Positions 49,460-63,109 of a stretch of 64,000 nucleotides of DNA are shown here, piece after piece (position 1 is the stretch's first letter; every line of letters begins with the position of its first letter). Position numbers and translations under genes: made by a program. Source of the stretch: Trichosphaerium sp. ATCC 40318 (taxonomy: Eukaryota; Protista; Tubulinea); the NCBI GenBank assembly GCA_038496445.1, contig JALMLS010000299.1:1-64000 (forward strand). Direction: 5' to 3'. Below the pieces are notes generated by a model that was not told the origin of the DNA, made no database searches, and was given only the letters and a program-made list of their open reading frames with translations.

Positions 49460-51215
49460 CTACTCATCTAAGCAGATTGTACGAACGATACGTGAAGTAA
49501 CAACGTAAGGATCAATGTTGGAGGCTGGTCTCCTATCTTCGAAGTAACCTTTACCGTCTTTCTTGCATTGAACAGGGATCCTAACAAACGTTGTAAGTAC
49601 GCGACACACCAGACCAAAAATCGAAGTAATTGTACCTGATGGAGGCGCCACGATCGCCAACTCCAGATTTGAATACCTCCATTGAGGCAGTTTCGTGTTT
49701 TCCAGTCAATCGCTTTTCGTTACCCTCTTTTGTAATGAGTTAGTTTAAGAGTTTTTTTCATAATTTATTTCAAAAGTAAACGAACCTCCGTAACAAGCAA
49801 TGTGCTCGGCGTGTTTTTTAGATAGTTTTGCGATTGCCTCTTCAATCACTTTCATACCACCATCTTCTCTCATGGCAACTGTGGATACGTTTGTATGGCA
49901 CCTGTGAGACTATGAGTACTATTTTTATGGCAATTAAAATAAAATCCAAAAAAGCTTACCCAGCGCCATTCCAGTCTCCAATAATTGGTTTAGGTTCCAA
50001 ACTTACAACAACACCAAACTGTTCAGCAACTCTATTCGGTATTAGAAAAAAACAATTTCTACTGACCAACAAAAACAAAATTGAAAAAATAACGTACCGG
50101 TGAAGAATGTATCTAGAAATCCATAAATGATTACCCATAGAAATACCTTCACATGGTCCTACTTGGTATTCCCATTGACCAGGCATTACTTCTGCGTTGA
50201 TACCCGACATCTACGACATATTTTTAGTTTTCGAAATAAAAAGCTTAATTTGGATGTTGTTTATTTTTGGATTGCAAAAAGTACCTTAACGCCGGCGTAC
50301 AAGCACGCACGGTAGTGTGTCTCTACAATTGGGCGTCCAAAGTTAACTGGAGCACCGACAGAGCAATAGTATGGTCCTTGAGGTGCTGGGAAACCTATTG
50401 GGAGATAATCAGGAAAAACACTGATGCCGTATTAATTAACTTACCGCCTTGAGGCCAGCCCAAAGGATGCAAAGATGGCCAAGCCAATAGTGTGTATTCT
50501 TGTTCAATACCGAACCTTGGCGTTTTTTAGTGGTTTGAAAAGAAATAAACGAATATCAATGTACCATGGTTTTTTGTCCTTGGCTTTCTCCATAACCTTT
50601 GCGCACTCTTCCCAGTTTGATGCAATAGCTGGTGTACCATCTGGTTTAAAGCAGGCGCACAAGCAGAGCTTGTTTTTACCCAGTCTGAAAGGATCTTTGA
50701 ACAAAGCGACAGGCCTTTAGAAAAAGTCAGTCACGTGAGAATTTGATTACACAATGATATTGAAATTGTTTTATAACTTACTTCAGGATAATTTCAGAGT
50801 CATGACCTGGTGCTTGACCGGTAGAAGAACCTAAATAATGTTTGAGAACGAAACAATAATTTAAATAATTTGAAAATCTTTTTTCTTGGTCGTACCATCA
50901 AAGTTCCACTCTGGTAGGTCATCAATGCTGTTAACTTCTTTGCCTACTATCGTCTAGAGTTATGTCAGCGCTTGTTCTTTCTTAATAAAGTAGTTTTCCA
51001 CAAGTTTTTACTTTCGTTTATATTTAAACAGCGTACTTTTGTTTTACAACGCAGATCTAGTCCTGATCCACCAATCCATACGTACTCCTTGCAATTTGGT
51101 GAGTTTCTAATCAAATTTTGTAGAAAGTCTATTGTACCACGAGGATTTGGTCGTTCTGGTCCAAGTCCATGTAGTATTCGCTGATTTGAGCTTTCTTAAG
51201 AGGTGCTGTTGCCAT
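49460..51215 (-). CDS. GLN1: Glutamine synthetase type II
   Basis: [68 protein letters not shown]. Confidence 0.97.
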
Positions 51216-51571
51216 TGTTGTATGTTAAAATATTGTTAAATGTCTGTAGTTTTGTGAACATGAAGGTCTTAAAATAGTGTTCTGTTCCCTTTTTCGATAA
51301 AACTATGGTTACAGCGATCTACGCGCTTCAATATAGGCTATGTAGTGTAGTCAGAATATAACTAAAGCATAATTCTTTAAAAAGTTGGTAGTTTTCAAAA
51401 AAACTTACTTTGTATTCCCAGCTTGGCGTGTTAAAATTTTTTCTTGTCTTTTATGGATCTGATGTCTTACGTAAAGCTCCGCTAATTAAGAAATTTTTGC
51501 CCAAAGAATTACAATTTTTAATTCGTTTTGTAGTTACGAAGAAGCATGAGAAGTTTTTTTGCGTGTATTTT

Positions 51572-53323
51572 TCAACAATGTCTTAGTACAGTGTAGGAGA
51601 CATCTAAATAAACTGTTACGCTATGTAGGTATGTTAACCGATTATTGTACGTCTGAGTAGCACGTTTCTCTGTCCTTAACATGAAGTCCAAGTTCCACCT
51701 TCTTTCAGGGAATACTCTGGTAAAAAAGTTGGGCCAATAGACAGCTAATCCTCCACAACCAAAATCTGTAAGCTGTTTAAGCGTAACATACTCCCAGTCA
51801 CTAACTTTTTTAACTTTTAAAGTTTCTTTAACTCGGCCAAGAAACCGTTTAATATTTCCAATATTCAACCAGTATCCACTTCGGACTTGGGCTAAAAAAA
51901 AAAGTTAGGCCAAGTTAACGCGTGGCACGTACTGAATCTCCACGATTCCCACCGATGGTCAGGGTAAATATGCGATAGTACATAAGGGAGAGATGTATAA
52001 GCACTTTGAAAAAGTTAATAGCTTGTTAACAATTTAGCGCTTTTGAGCTCTTTACTTTTTTACCTTATGAGACCAGCACCACCTATTGAACGGATATCGT
52101 TAACAGTTTTCCTATACCAATCATCTATCTTTAATATATTTAATTGTTCTTCGGCCTTATACGTCGTCAACATAAACTCACAAAGGAAACTCACGTATTT
52201 AATAAACTTTTGAATGCCATCTGTTGTGACCCAAAACGAATGTTTTGCTCTGCCTTTTTGGATGTCATAAGTAACACTTTGGAACCCCGAAAAACTTATT
52301 GGTCGACGTACTAAATTTCCATGGCAGCCAGTCGTAGAAAGGATAAAAGTATGCAACCAGTGCCTGTGTTGACGCTTGAAAATACCTTTTTTTTTTGTTA
52401 AGAGCTAATTTTTTTTGACATACATACTCAAGTAACAGGGATACACCTCCTACCCTATGTACGTCACCGTTGTGTATCTTGTACCAGTCATCAATCTCTC
52501 TAATGTTAAGCTTTTTCTCGGCCTTGGATCAAAACAGTTTAGTCGATGATAATACAAGTAAGAAAAAAGTAAACATACATATCTAAAGAATGTTTCTTTG
52601 TTGTCATGATGTAGCCAATAATTAGGTGGCACACGTGCTGTACATTGTCTAAGATTATAGTGTCAAACATAGATTCCGTACCGAATTGCCATTCGTGCCA
52701 CTCAACTTCCGGGTAGAACGTTGTCAACAGTTCTGCCATATTTCCTTTGTGCATTCTTGTTGACATTAGATCATAGACATTTTTTTAACGGTCGTACTCG
52801 CTGAGATGCTTACCACCGCTACTGCATACTTCGCCTATTGTTCGCTTCAACCAATCACTTGTCATTAAAATGTCATATTTGGCTTCGAACTAGATTGTGT
52901 CAGCTATTCTAGAATCGTAAGGCACTTACGTGGTAGAGCCATTGAATTCGCGCGTTGGGTGAATGCCAAACATTTTTATCGCTCATTTCTGACGTATATT
53001 AGCGCTAAGAGCGTAATACGATGTTGTACAATACACATACTAAATTTCCAACGGCATAACTGCTGTTTGGGATATAAATCAGTAATAACGGCGGCAAAAT
53101 CGACTCCATCGCGCGATAATCCTCCAGCGCCAATATCATACAGATCTTGCCTTGTTTTGCTGTACCAATCATTGACACACATAATACGCAAAGATTGTTC
53201 TGCCTACACTCCTTATAGTTGGTTTAGAGCAAGCCTTACCTTCGCTACAAATGCCTGCTGATGAGACGCTTTTTTCCAATGTCCAGGCCGTTTTGCGCGT
53301 ATCCGCAGAGCTGTACTAGCCAT
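51572..53323 (-). CDS. Trp-rich tandem-repeat protein (~5 units of G-x-W...F...DW-Y...GG...YP...W..W.F)
   Basis: GHWKKASHQQAF..VNDWYSKT..GAGGL..LYPKQQLCRWKF; FYPEVEWHEWQF; FWVTTDGIQKF..IDDWYRKT..GGAGL; VSDWEYVT..GCGGL..VFPERRW. Confidence 0.75.
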
Positions 53324-53610
53324 TTTATCAAAACTGAGGTTTACTGTAGTTGCTGTGTGACATTTTTTCAATTAACGTCAAGTTGCAGTCATCCTTTAGG
53401 ACTTCAGTTTAGCTTATGAGTATGTTTTTTGTGCTGAGCTGTGACGTTGTGTATGGTATTTGTAGGTTAATCAGCAACAAGTTAAAACAGTTCGACAGCT
53501 CACGTGATACATTTAGAGGGGCTGTTGTAACGAATTTTTTTTTCTCATATTTTTAATTAATTACAAGTGTCCATGTTGCTTATTTGTTGAGCTTGTTCTG
53601 TTTCTTGTTT

Positions 53611-56185
53611 TTAGACCCAAACACAGCCAGAAGTAGGAACGAATTCAAACCATGCAAGATCAAGCGCATTGTCCTCAGGTTCAGTAAACGTAATCCTCAT
53701 CCAACGCCTAGAGAATATAAGCACAGATTTGAAAACAAGAAGAGAGATAACGCACAGTCCCGTGGTGAAATAAGGGCACATGGAAACTTCATGAAACCCA
53801 GGGTAGTTGTCCCAAAACAGCCCAAAATTAACCCACGAGTCACCAGTACCAGGGAAATTGAGAATACCATGATTATACGAGTGATCTTCGCCACCTCCAC
53901 CGTAAAACACGTTAAACTTAGTACGTAAAAGTCCCAATTCTGGGGTAGGTGGGCTAAAATGAATAAGTGCACTGATTACAGGAATATGGTTGCATACTAA
54001 TAAGGTAGTCTGTTCCTCAGTCTTAGACGGATTTTATATTGGGTATTGCAATCACTGTAAATAGTGTAGAAGAGATTCTCACCCTGGGTTGTGTTGACAA
54101 CGACACAGTGCAGACTACGAGATGACTTTAATAACGAGAGGTTTTGTGAACAGATGTAAAAAAAAAGTAGCGTACTCAGGGTAGCCAGAAAGATCTTGAT
54201 CAGTATCAGGAGCATAGTAATTCTTATAAAAGCTACCACATGAACCACTACCAGCATTACCCGGAGTACTGTCAGTAGAACCAAGGTCATTGTATTCTTG
54301 CATAAAAATGAAACCAGGCAAATGAAGAAGTGGTCTTGCCAGCCACATACTATCGAAAGGTCCTTAGGTGCATGTGAGAAATCGTAGTTAAACGAAATAG
54401 ATACCTGGACCAGGATCAGGTGACGTCTGTACAGTAGAATAAGCACCATTGCGCTCTGAATTTAAATGTTAAGCACTTTGTAGAAATTAGTCACTACTAA
54501 ACATACTGTATCTAGGTCTAACGGATAAGACTTTGACGTTGAAGCCGTCGTTATCCCACATCTGAATAAAGCATCCACGAATACCAATGCTGTCGTAGTT
54601 ACCGAGAATAGCAAAGAATAGGTCAGTATGAGCAGCACCAACAACATCAGCCTTTTTTTTTTGAGAAGGGTTAGGATAATAATAATGTTTTTATCGAATC
54701 AGGTGCGCGTACTTTGCCGTGAATGTCTGTTGAGAGAAGCAAAGCTTCTTGGTTTGAGTTCCAATCACGACGCATGAGTAACGTTAATTCGTCACCTCTG
54801 ATAGCGCCAATAGTAGCGTAACCCTTAGCATTTACATCTATAGCAGCGTGTTGAGCGTTTATTTTTCTATGATTGAAAACGTTAATACGAGATTTTTTTT
54901 TTTAACAGTAGTTTTGACGTACGTTGGAGGTGGGAATCTCTCAACGTCTTTAAAGCCAGGGCTAATGTAACTAAAGTTTGTCCTGACTGGAAATTCTTTT
55001 GAAATATCAAACTTCATGTACACCAATCGATGCTTCTGGTCTCTTTGACTACCCCAGTAGTCCCAGTTATTTCCAAACGTAACTTTTTGGGAGTGCGCTT
55101 TACACACAGAAGGAGGGGTACCATCAAGAGTGAAAACGTTATCTAAGCGCGTGAGTTTGGAACGTTGTGATTTGTGATCGGGTCCTTACTTTGTGCATTA
55201 ATTTCTCCCATTACATACAAGTGTCCATCCTTTCCAATAACAACACGATGAAGTAAAGATGTAGCGTCGAGTGGTGGGTCGCACAATTCAGTGTTGCTTA
55301 AGTAATCTGCAATAGGATAATCGTACAACGTCCAACTAAAAAGTGTTACAAAACCCAAAAAAAAAACAACTTGTAATAAAATTTTTATGTGATCTTTTCA
55401 AAAAGAAAACTGCACGTGATTTAAAAAGTAGCATAATCGTACCGATGTTTTCCGTTGAGCTCATACATTGATATGTAAGGCCTTTCTTCTTCACCAACTT
55501 TGTTGTTGCCAACGACGTACACGCCCTCATCGGAGCTGGCCAAAGAAGAGATTGGTCGGAGTGTGTCTACTGTAGTCGTAACAATAACGTCATTGGAAAC
55601 GACGTCAAGTATGTGAATCACGTTCGTCTCCGCTAGTAGGGTTTGTAAGGAAGGGTGTTCTTGAGGCTATTTTAAGGGGTTATGTGGCTTACCTTTCACA
55701 GCAACTAGCGAATTGCCTCCACATGTGACGGAGGAATAGGCGTGTTTGGAAGAGTTGGCGGCCAAACCCCAAGTCGAGAGCTTGTACGTGAGTATACCAA
55801 ATTTGCCAACTACATAAACGAACTCGGAGGATACGCATAAACCGGATGCCTGCGAGGTGTTTAGTAGACAGGTAGAGGACTTTCAAACTCACCACTCCAT
55901 TTCCCTCAATGACAGGAGAAATTTGATAATCGTGCAGGTGCTTTACAGGGCGTACAGCCCGTACGGTCCAGCGGTCACTTGTGGAGGAAGACAATACCGC
56001 AAGTTCGTCAGCTCCAAGGTGAGCGATTTGGATGCCTATTTCATCCGGTATTTCTAACGAATGTTGAACTACGCTGCAATACGCTGTGGGCAAATTAATA
56101 CGTAAGACCGAAAGGGAAGAAAGTGTTTTTGTAAAGTACCAATTGCCAGTAGCAGACAGAGTAAAAGTGGTTTCGAAAAGTACAT
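53611..56185 (-). CDS. Hypothetical signal-peptide protein with C-terminal multi-pass TM region (multi-exon)
   Basis: MYFSKPLLLCLLLAI start, beta-rich exons, hydrophobic segments at 54462-54647 and 54000-54350; 3' end uncertain. Confidence 0.55.
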
Positions 56186-56492
56186 TTATTTTTTTTATGT
56201 ACTCCGCCCGTTCGCGTTGCGTTGTGCGTAATAAATTGAAACTTTAACGAAATATCGATCTTGCGGGAAGTACGAGGACTTTTTTTTTAATATTTGTATT
56301 TTGAGGTTGGACCATCTTTATCCAATTTTACGCAAAAAGATCGCGATCAAAGGGGTTTGTTAAAAGGTAAAAACCCAAATTGCCAAACCAACCAGAGTTT
56401 TTCTAAAAACAAATATTCCTAATTGGGCCTGAAGGTTAAATCAAACCTTAAAAGAAAGCGTGGCTATTAAAGCTCTTTAAAAAAACGAAGCG

Positions 56493-59400
56493 ATGTGGCT
56501 CAAATGCTCATTGTACTGGTCGCTTCTATGCCTGTCATGTTTGATTATAAACTGTACTCTCGCTCAATTAACAGGAGAAGCTACATCGACGAATAAGCAA
56601 TACGGAGTGCTAACAAAAATTATTTCGTGCGTTTCGGAACGGACTCAGTTCGTTTAGCGTATTTTATCTCGGTATCGCGTGTGTTGGTAACGTTGGTTAG
56701 AATTGCGGAGATAAAGACTACTTTCAACGATGATATTTACATCAGCCTCCAGTGCCCGACTAACGATACTGTCCCATTACAATACGGCATATCCGATTCC
56801 AGCGGCACCCCACAACAGACTGGGCCGAAAGATTGTGTAAACTGCTTCCCATCAACTACCATTGGACCTTTTATTGGTAACAGAAGCCCGAGAGAGTTCT
56901 TCCTACAGGTAGCTACGGTTCTTAATCACTCAAATATTCTACCTCCAGCGTTGTTTTTACAGCGTTCTAGATTGATAATATTAACAATTGTTCGCACGTG
57001 GGAATATCCGTAACTAATCTACAAGGTGAAGCTGAATTACGTGTAACCACCTCAGGGTACATAACTTACCTAAATTTGTTTAAAGTGTCTGCTAACGAAA
57101 TTTCAATAGTGGGACTATATTGGCGAGCTCTGTAGCGCAACGCGGACCAGGGGTATTTTTATGTTGTTCAACCTTGCGCGAAAGAGGTACTGTTTTTGTA
57201 TTTTTTTTTTTGACGCCCTATCTATTATTAATTTATTACGCAAGGTGTTACCGAAACTGATAATACTTTGACGTTAATAGTATCTTCTGCTCTACCGCAT
57301 AATTCTACTCTACAAATCAGAAATGGTATAGAGGATATTAATGCAGAAAACACGTGGCTATTTCAAGCTACAACTCATCCGACCGAAGGTTACTTACAAC
57401 TTGTTTTTGAGGTAAAGGTTTTCTTAACTTTGTTTAGTTGTGGTACACGTTGACTGTCCTGCGTTTAAGATGAATAGAAAATGTAATTCTGCTTCTCTTG
57501 ATAGAGGAGTATGTGTCCCTCTTCTACCTACTCAACAACCTCTTCACGACTATTACATTGATTTGGCGTACGCCTTTTTCTATTTTGGAAAATACTTGCA
57601 ATCGGAATAATCTTCTTACTTACTATTAATTAAGATTACGCTCTAACTATTCAAAATCTAATCTGAATGTAAATAATTCAATGTATTCTTTCGCTCTAGT
57701 ATTGGATACTCCTACACAAACGGTACAACTGACAATAAAATACCTGAGTGATAACCAAAAAAAAATAGAACAAAAACTTGATACCAGCAAATGCAATTAC
57801 TTCACAGTGTAGATTAAGCTTTCCTAACTTGGTGGATTTAACTGGAAACCCAGTACAGGATTCCATATCATTGAATACACTAGGTTTCACCTGTAATTTA
57901 ACCGAGTGGGAAGTTCTAGTAGAACGTATGTACAAGCTATGTGCTATTTTGAAGATTCTGATGTAATAATAGGTCTGAGCAATACACGTAAACAGCTAGA
58001 CAGTGTCCTACTCAATGACGTAGTATTTGCCGTCGGTACCACGCTTGCGATTGGGTATGATCTGGCTGCTGTGTACTCATCTGGACCATATCTAGCTTGT
58101 CGCCAAGACATAGAAAAAGGTTCCTGTTAACGAGTTTATTAAAAAACTAAAACTGTTTAGAATTGGTAATTGAGGAGACAGATACAACAAAGGAAAGTCT
58201 CAGCTTTCTTTGCAATGACGTGTTAGATTTGTTAAATACAACAGATCCTTGCTGCAACGTTCGGTACGTTACGAAAGCGTGGTGTATTAAAAGTTGTCTA
58301 ATTCTATGACTGCAGATTACGTGATTCTCAGTGCTGCATACCTCAAAATAGGTCTACAAGTTCCATATTCACAGTCGATGCAGCTCGAGTACAATCTCAG
58401 TGTAAAGTGCCTACATGTACTGAAACTGCTATTGATAACTACGCTGTTGCTTTGAATGCCCAGGAACAGGGATGTGCTGAACTCAGAGAAGAGAATAGGG
58501 TTGAGCTCGATGTAAGGACTGGTCCGGACAGCAGATGTACTGTTTCTATATTTGGTTCTTCATGTAGTTCTGATGTTGATTGTTTGGATAACCTTTCATG
58601 CATAGAAGGGAGATGCAGGTAAGTGCACATAATTAATAAGTTATTAACCTAAAACTACAAAGGAAACGCTGTGAAAGTAATGCGGAATGTGCTACAAATG
58701 AATGCGATCAAGGAGTTTGTCTAATATTTGACTCTTCGGATTACGATCCTGCTGGAACTCCGTATTTCACGCAATGCCTTGACAAAGAGAGTTCTAATCT
58801 AACAATGCTTTTCCTCCGTAGACAACTACAATTAGCAGGTGCGTCATTGTTTTCAAAGGAAAATTCAAAAAAAATCACTAATTTATCACGTGTTTAGATA
58901 ATGCATCCCACTCAGAAATTGAGCTTAGTATTTTTACTACTGCTTCATCGTTTTTCTGCATTCCGTCTTTGTCATTTGTAAATGAGACTGAGTGTTTGGA
59001 AAGTAAATCATGTAACTGGATCCGTGATTGTGAAAACAACGACATTTGTACAGAAGGTACAGCCCTCTCACTACTAATACCTAATCTGAGATTTTTTAAA
59101 AGAGTTGTGCCTCGATGAAGACAGGACAGATTTTTGTTGTGCCAGCCAGACTTCCGAAGGACGTTGCTTGGCTGTATTAACTAAACAACCAAGGTGTACT
59201 ATAGATATGACAGAGGAATCTTGTAACACGTACGTTCAAGCAAAGTATCAATAGCGAAACTAAACAAACACAAAAGGTCAAGCGGTGTTAAATGGGATAA
59301 ATTAACAAATGAGTGTTTTATGTTGAATGTAACAACTAGAGAAGCTTGTATTCCCGTTGAAGAATGCAACCCTGTTCGTTTCTCTTTTATCTCACGCCCG

Positions 59401-62400
59401 TTGCTAATAACCCTTTAAAAGGCTGGAGCCACATCGGTTTGCGACCGGATATGTATTGTGGAGAATGTAACAGACCAGGCACTGTGCGTAAGTCAAGGGT
59501 TTCCACTTAGTTGGAGTTCTTGGACTTTTGAGAATGTAACCTATGGTGTTTGTACACGTTTTGCTTTCACCGCGATAATGTGCTCTCCTTATACGTGGAT
59601 ACCTCGTAGATCATGGTAAGGATGAAACTAGTTGTCTTTCATCTTACAGTTTATGATTAGGACAGAAGGCCAATTTGCAACGAGGGAAACGTGTATTGGT
59701 GGATGCAGTACCAATTCTTCTCTGGACACTGAACTCGCTTGTGTATGTAGATTATTAATCAAAACCTGTAAAGTACTCATGTTTTTTTGAATAGGAATGC
59801 CAAGGCGCATCAACAAATACAAGTGTCGCTGAATGTTTAAACGAAAAAGGATCATGTAATGATTGGGACGGTTGCGTATTACCTTATAACGGAATAATAT
59901 GTCCAGACGGTACCACAGATCCTTGTACTTACCAAGTAAAAAGTATGCTCACCGATTATTAAAAGGATTCGAGTGGTCGCCGTTTGGTTGCAGAGATCTA
60001 TCAAGCATTAACGAAACAGAATGTACAGGGTACGTATATACGCAAATAGAATCTATACACCTGATAATCTTGTAAAGGACATGGTTCAGTAGAGCTACTA
60101 CAGAAGATGAGTGTAATCAAAAAGCACTTGTTTGTATTGAAGACCCTTCCTTTTTTGTTATAGAACAGAACCCTTCCCAAAGCAGACCATTTGGTATATC
60201 ATCTAAGACAATGGAAGTTTGTCAAGATTGTGGAGGGAAATTCACACCTTTTTACAGCTGGACACCGGTATTTCCCAAACCAAAAAAAAAGATCTTTGAA
60301 GGCACTAACAACTACATAAGAGCAATCCCGAGTGGGAGGTCTACGAATGGGAAATAAAACAGTGGGAGTCAACAAACGCATGGAAGCGTCAATTCCAGAC
60401 CGGCACTGTTACGAGTTATTTGGCCGCTTCAGCATCACATATGCTATTGAACCTTAAATCCGAACTCCTTTGCAGGTGAGGATCTTTTTTTTTTTTTTTG
60501 GGTTTGTTTATTTCCTTTTTCTACACCAAGTTGAAAAATGGTTAATGCTTCTCTACAGACATGTGCGTACAGCGGAACTGTCTACCAGCATTATAAGCAA
60601 TTGTATTGATACAAGCAACTCGCTTACAGCTATTTCCACGGACACAGAGTTCGCTAGCGACTCAATCACAGCATGTGATGCTATTCCTATTGACGTTTCT
60701 TTTCAAGACTTTGGGCGCTACAGTGCTATTGTACGTTATTAGTAATTCTGCTCAGCCGGAACCATATTAATACTACTTAGGACTTCAAAATAGTTACCAA
60801 TGCTTCATGCTTTAATACCGAATTTGTAGTTCTTCCTATATCTCAATTCGAACAACGTACACAAATACCTTTATCAACAGGAGGATCAAGGTCAACACAA
60901 GCGGGATTTGAAGCAAGGAAGTACCTTAAAAATCGAAATGATATTGCTGTAGGTTTGGTACGCGTCTAACCCTGTTATATCCAGGAAGAATTGATGATTT
61001 TACTAAAACACAAAATTAATTAAAGGTGTGTGAAACTTACAATACAATTTAGGTTTTAAGAGATGGCTTACGCATTCAACCAGCTCAGAATGTCGTATCC
61101 GGAGTTACTTTTTGCTTCCTCACAACAAACCTTAATGTTTACGACTCCAATTTTAAACTAGATTATATACATATAGCAGTAAAGTACGTTACTAGTAGGT
61201 CACGTAAAGTTAAAATCACGTGACGATTTTTTTTTTTTGCAGGCCTTTTGTAAACTCCAGAAAATGTTTTTGATTTTTTTCTTTCTTTCTGTATTCCTTC
61301 TCTAACTATTCTAAAATTACAGTGACGATGTAAACGAAGACTTTGTTGTAACTAGGTTGAGTACAACTGCTCAAGATGTTGCGGAGATTTGCGTCAATAT
61401 TACAAGACCAACAAACTTTTATCTAGTTGGACTTGAAGATGGCTGGGAAGAAAAGTCGTACTTGGATACAGTTGCCACCTCTGAAAAAGTGATGTCAGGT
61501 ATTGGTGCTGCCATTTTTGTAATTCTATTATTGATCGCTGTGTGGGAGCTTACAGTACGTCCAGAAAGCGAAGAGTAGTATCTTTAAAAAAAGTTAACAT
61601 TCAACAATAGACGATTGTTATTTCAACCGACCAACCGATTATGCCTATCATTGCCTTGGCGTTTTTGACTGGATACTTGATATGTACGTTAAATACGGCC
61701 TTTGTACCGATAACTTTTAGAGAACAATTTGTATTGGTCCTAATATCACGACTAACTGTCTTCTTCTCCTAGTTAACATAATATACTTTATACTTCTTCC
61801 ATTTGGCATGTTGAACACCAACGCTCCCTTGATTCTTCAGTCGATATTTACTGAGCTCCCAGCTCTGTTCTTCTTCACCATTTATTCAATAATTACTATG
61901 CAATGGGCTGTTGTGTTTCACTACTCCCGAAAGTATAAAGCGGTACACAAGATTTATTATTTGTACATTTTTCTAAGTTGTTTCTTTTAGAATGACGGCA
62001 GCAGTCTCAAGACCTTAGTGATCGCAACAAATTCAGTTGGATACTTAGCTTTTTGTATATTATTGTTTGCATACATATTTATTGGAGAAGAAGTACGTTA
62101 TGTATTTCTTTGTTGACAACTCTGACAATACTGTCTTCATGGAATTTTTTCTTAACTCTTCTTCTCAGAAATTGACTGTCACGTGCCTTACGGAGCAGTC
62201 CGAAATAGATACATTAACTGCAAGAGAAATTATTGCTCTAGTGTACAAACTACTGTTCGTGGGTATCTGCATTGGCTTTGTCGGTGCATTTTTATTTTAT
62301 GGCTTTGGTATCACTCATAGCTTAATAAGTGGATCTAAGAAAGTTCAAACTTTCAGTAGCGGTGTAAAAGGTGACAGAAATAGACGCGTACTAAAGGTAC

Positions 62401-62777
62401 AAGAGGAAGGAAAAAACTAAACACTGATTGTACATTAAGTTTTACTGATATTTTTAGATGATGCTTGTTACTTTTCTATGCTCTTTAGCACTTCTTGGTC
62501 AAGCAGCATTACTGCTATATAACTCATTTGCAACGAATCCATCACGAATTGGTATGTTAAAGGCTCTTCTCGCTATAAGTTTTGCTGACTGCTTGCACCA
62601 GGTGTGATTGTGTGGATTATTTTTCTTGTATCGATTCCATCATCTCTTCTACTTTATCTCCTCAGTCCTCTGAATACTTTTACAAAGAAGAGAGGTCCTT
62701 TACATTCAACACGTACACGCAATACTCAATCACGTACTGCATCTCGTATTGATTCTGCACGGTCGATTCAAAGCTAA
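56493..62777 (+). CDS. Large Cys-rich ectodomain protein with C-terminal TOM1/THH1/GPR137-like multi-TM (7TM-like) domain
   Basis: Signal peptide MWLKCSLYWSLLCLSCLIINCTLA; many Cys motifs (CSSDVDCLDNLSCIEGRC); TM region with ELPALFFFTIYSIITMQWAVVFH. Confidence 0.75.
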
Positions 62778-63109
62778 AAAAAAAATGGAAAAAACTAAGA
62801 AAAAAAAATACCAATTTGTTATTATGTAGACGTTAGAGTATATGCGTCGTTAGTTATTGTATAAATAAAAACGTAGTTAAAAAAACATAAACAAAATTTG
62901 ATACAATAGCGTACTGTACACGAAAGGCGAAGGATGCCCTTTTCTTTTTTTTTTTGTTTCAAAGTCGCAGGTAGAGGAACAATATTTTGGTTTGGGTGTC
63001 ATACCGAAAAACAAGGAGCACGTTTATTGAACTGAAACTAAAAAAAGGATAATTTCCTACTGAAAAGGAGGTGATTTGGTAGAGTGGAGTGCTATATTAC
63101 CATTCTGCC

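Noticed and set aside
52505-52540. U2 snRNA-like 5' sequence
   Set aside because: It lacks the GTGTAGTA branch-pairing motif and overlaps a minus-strand exon
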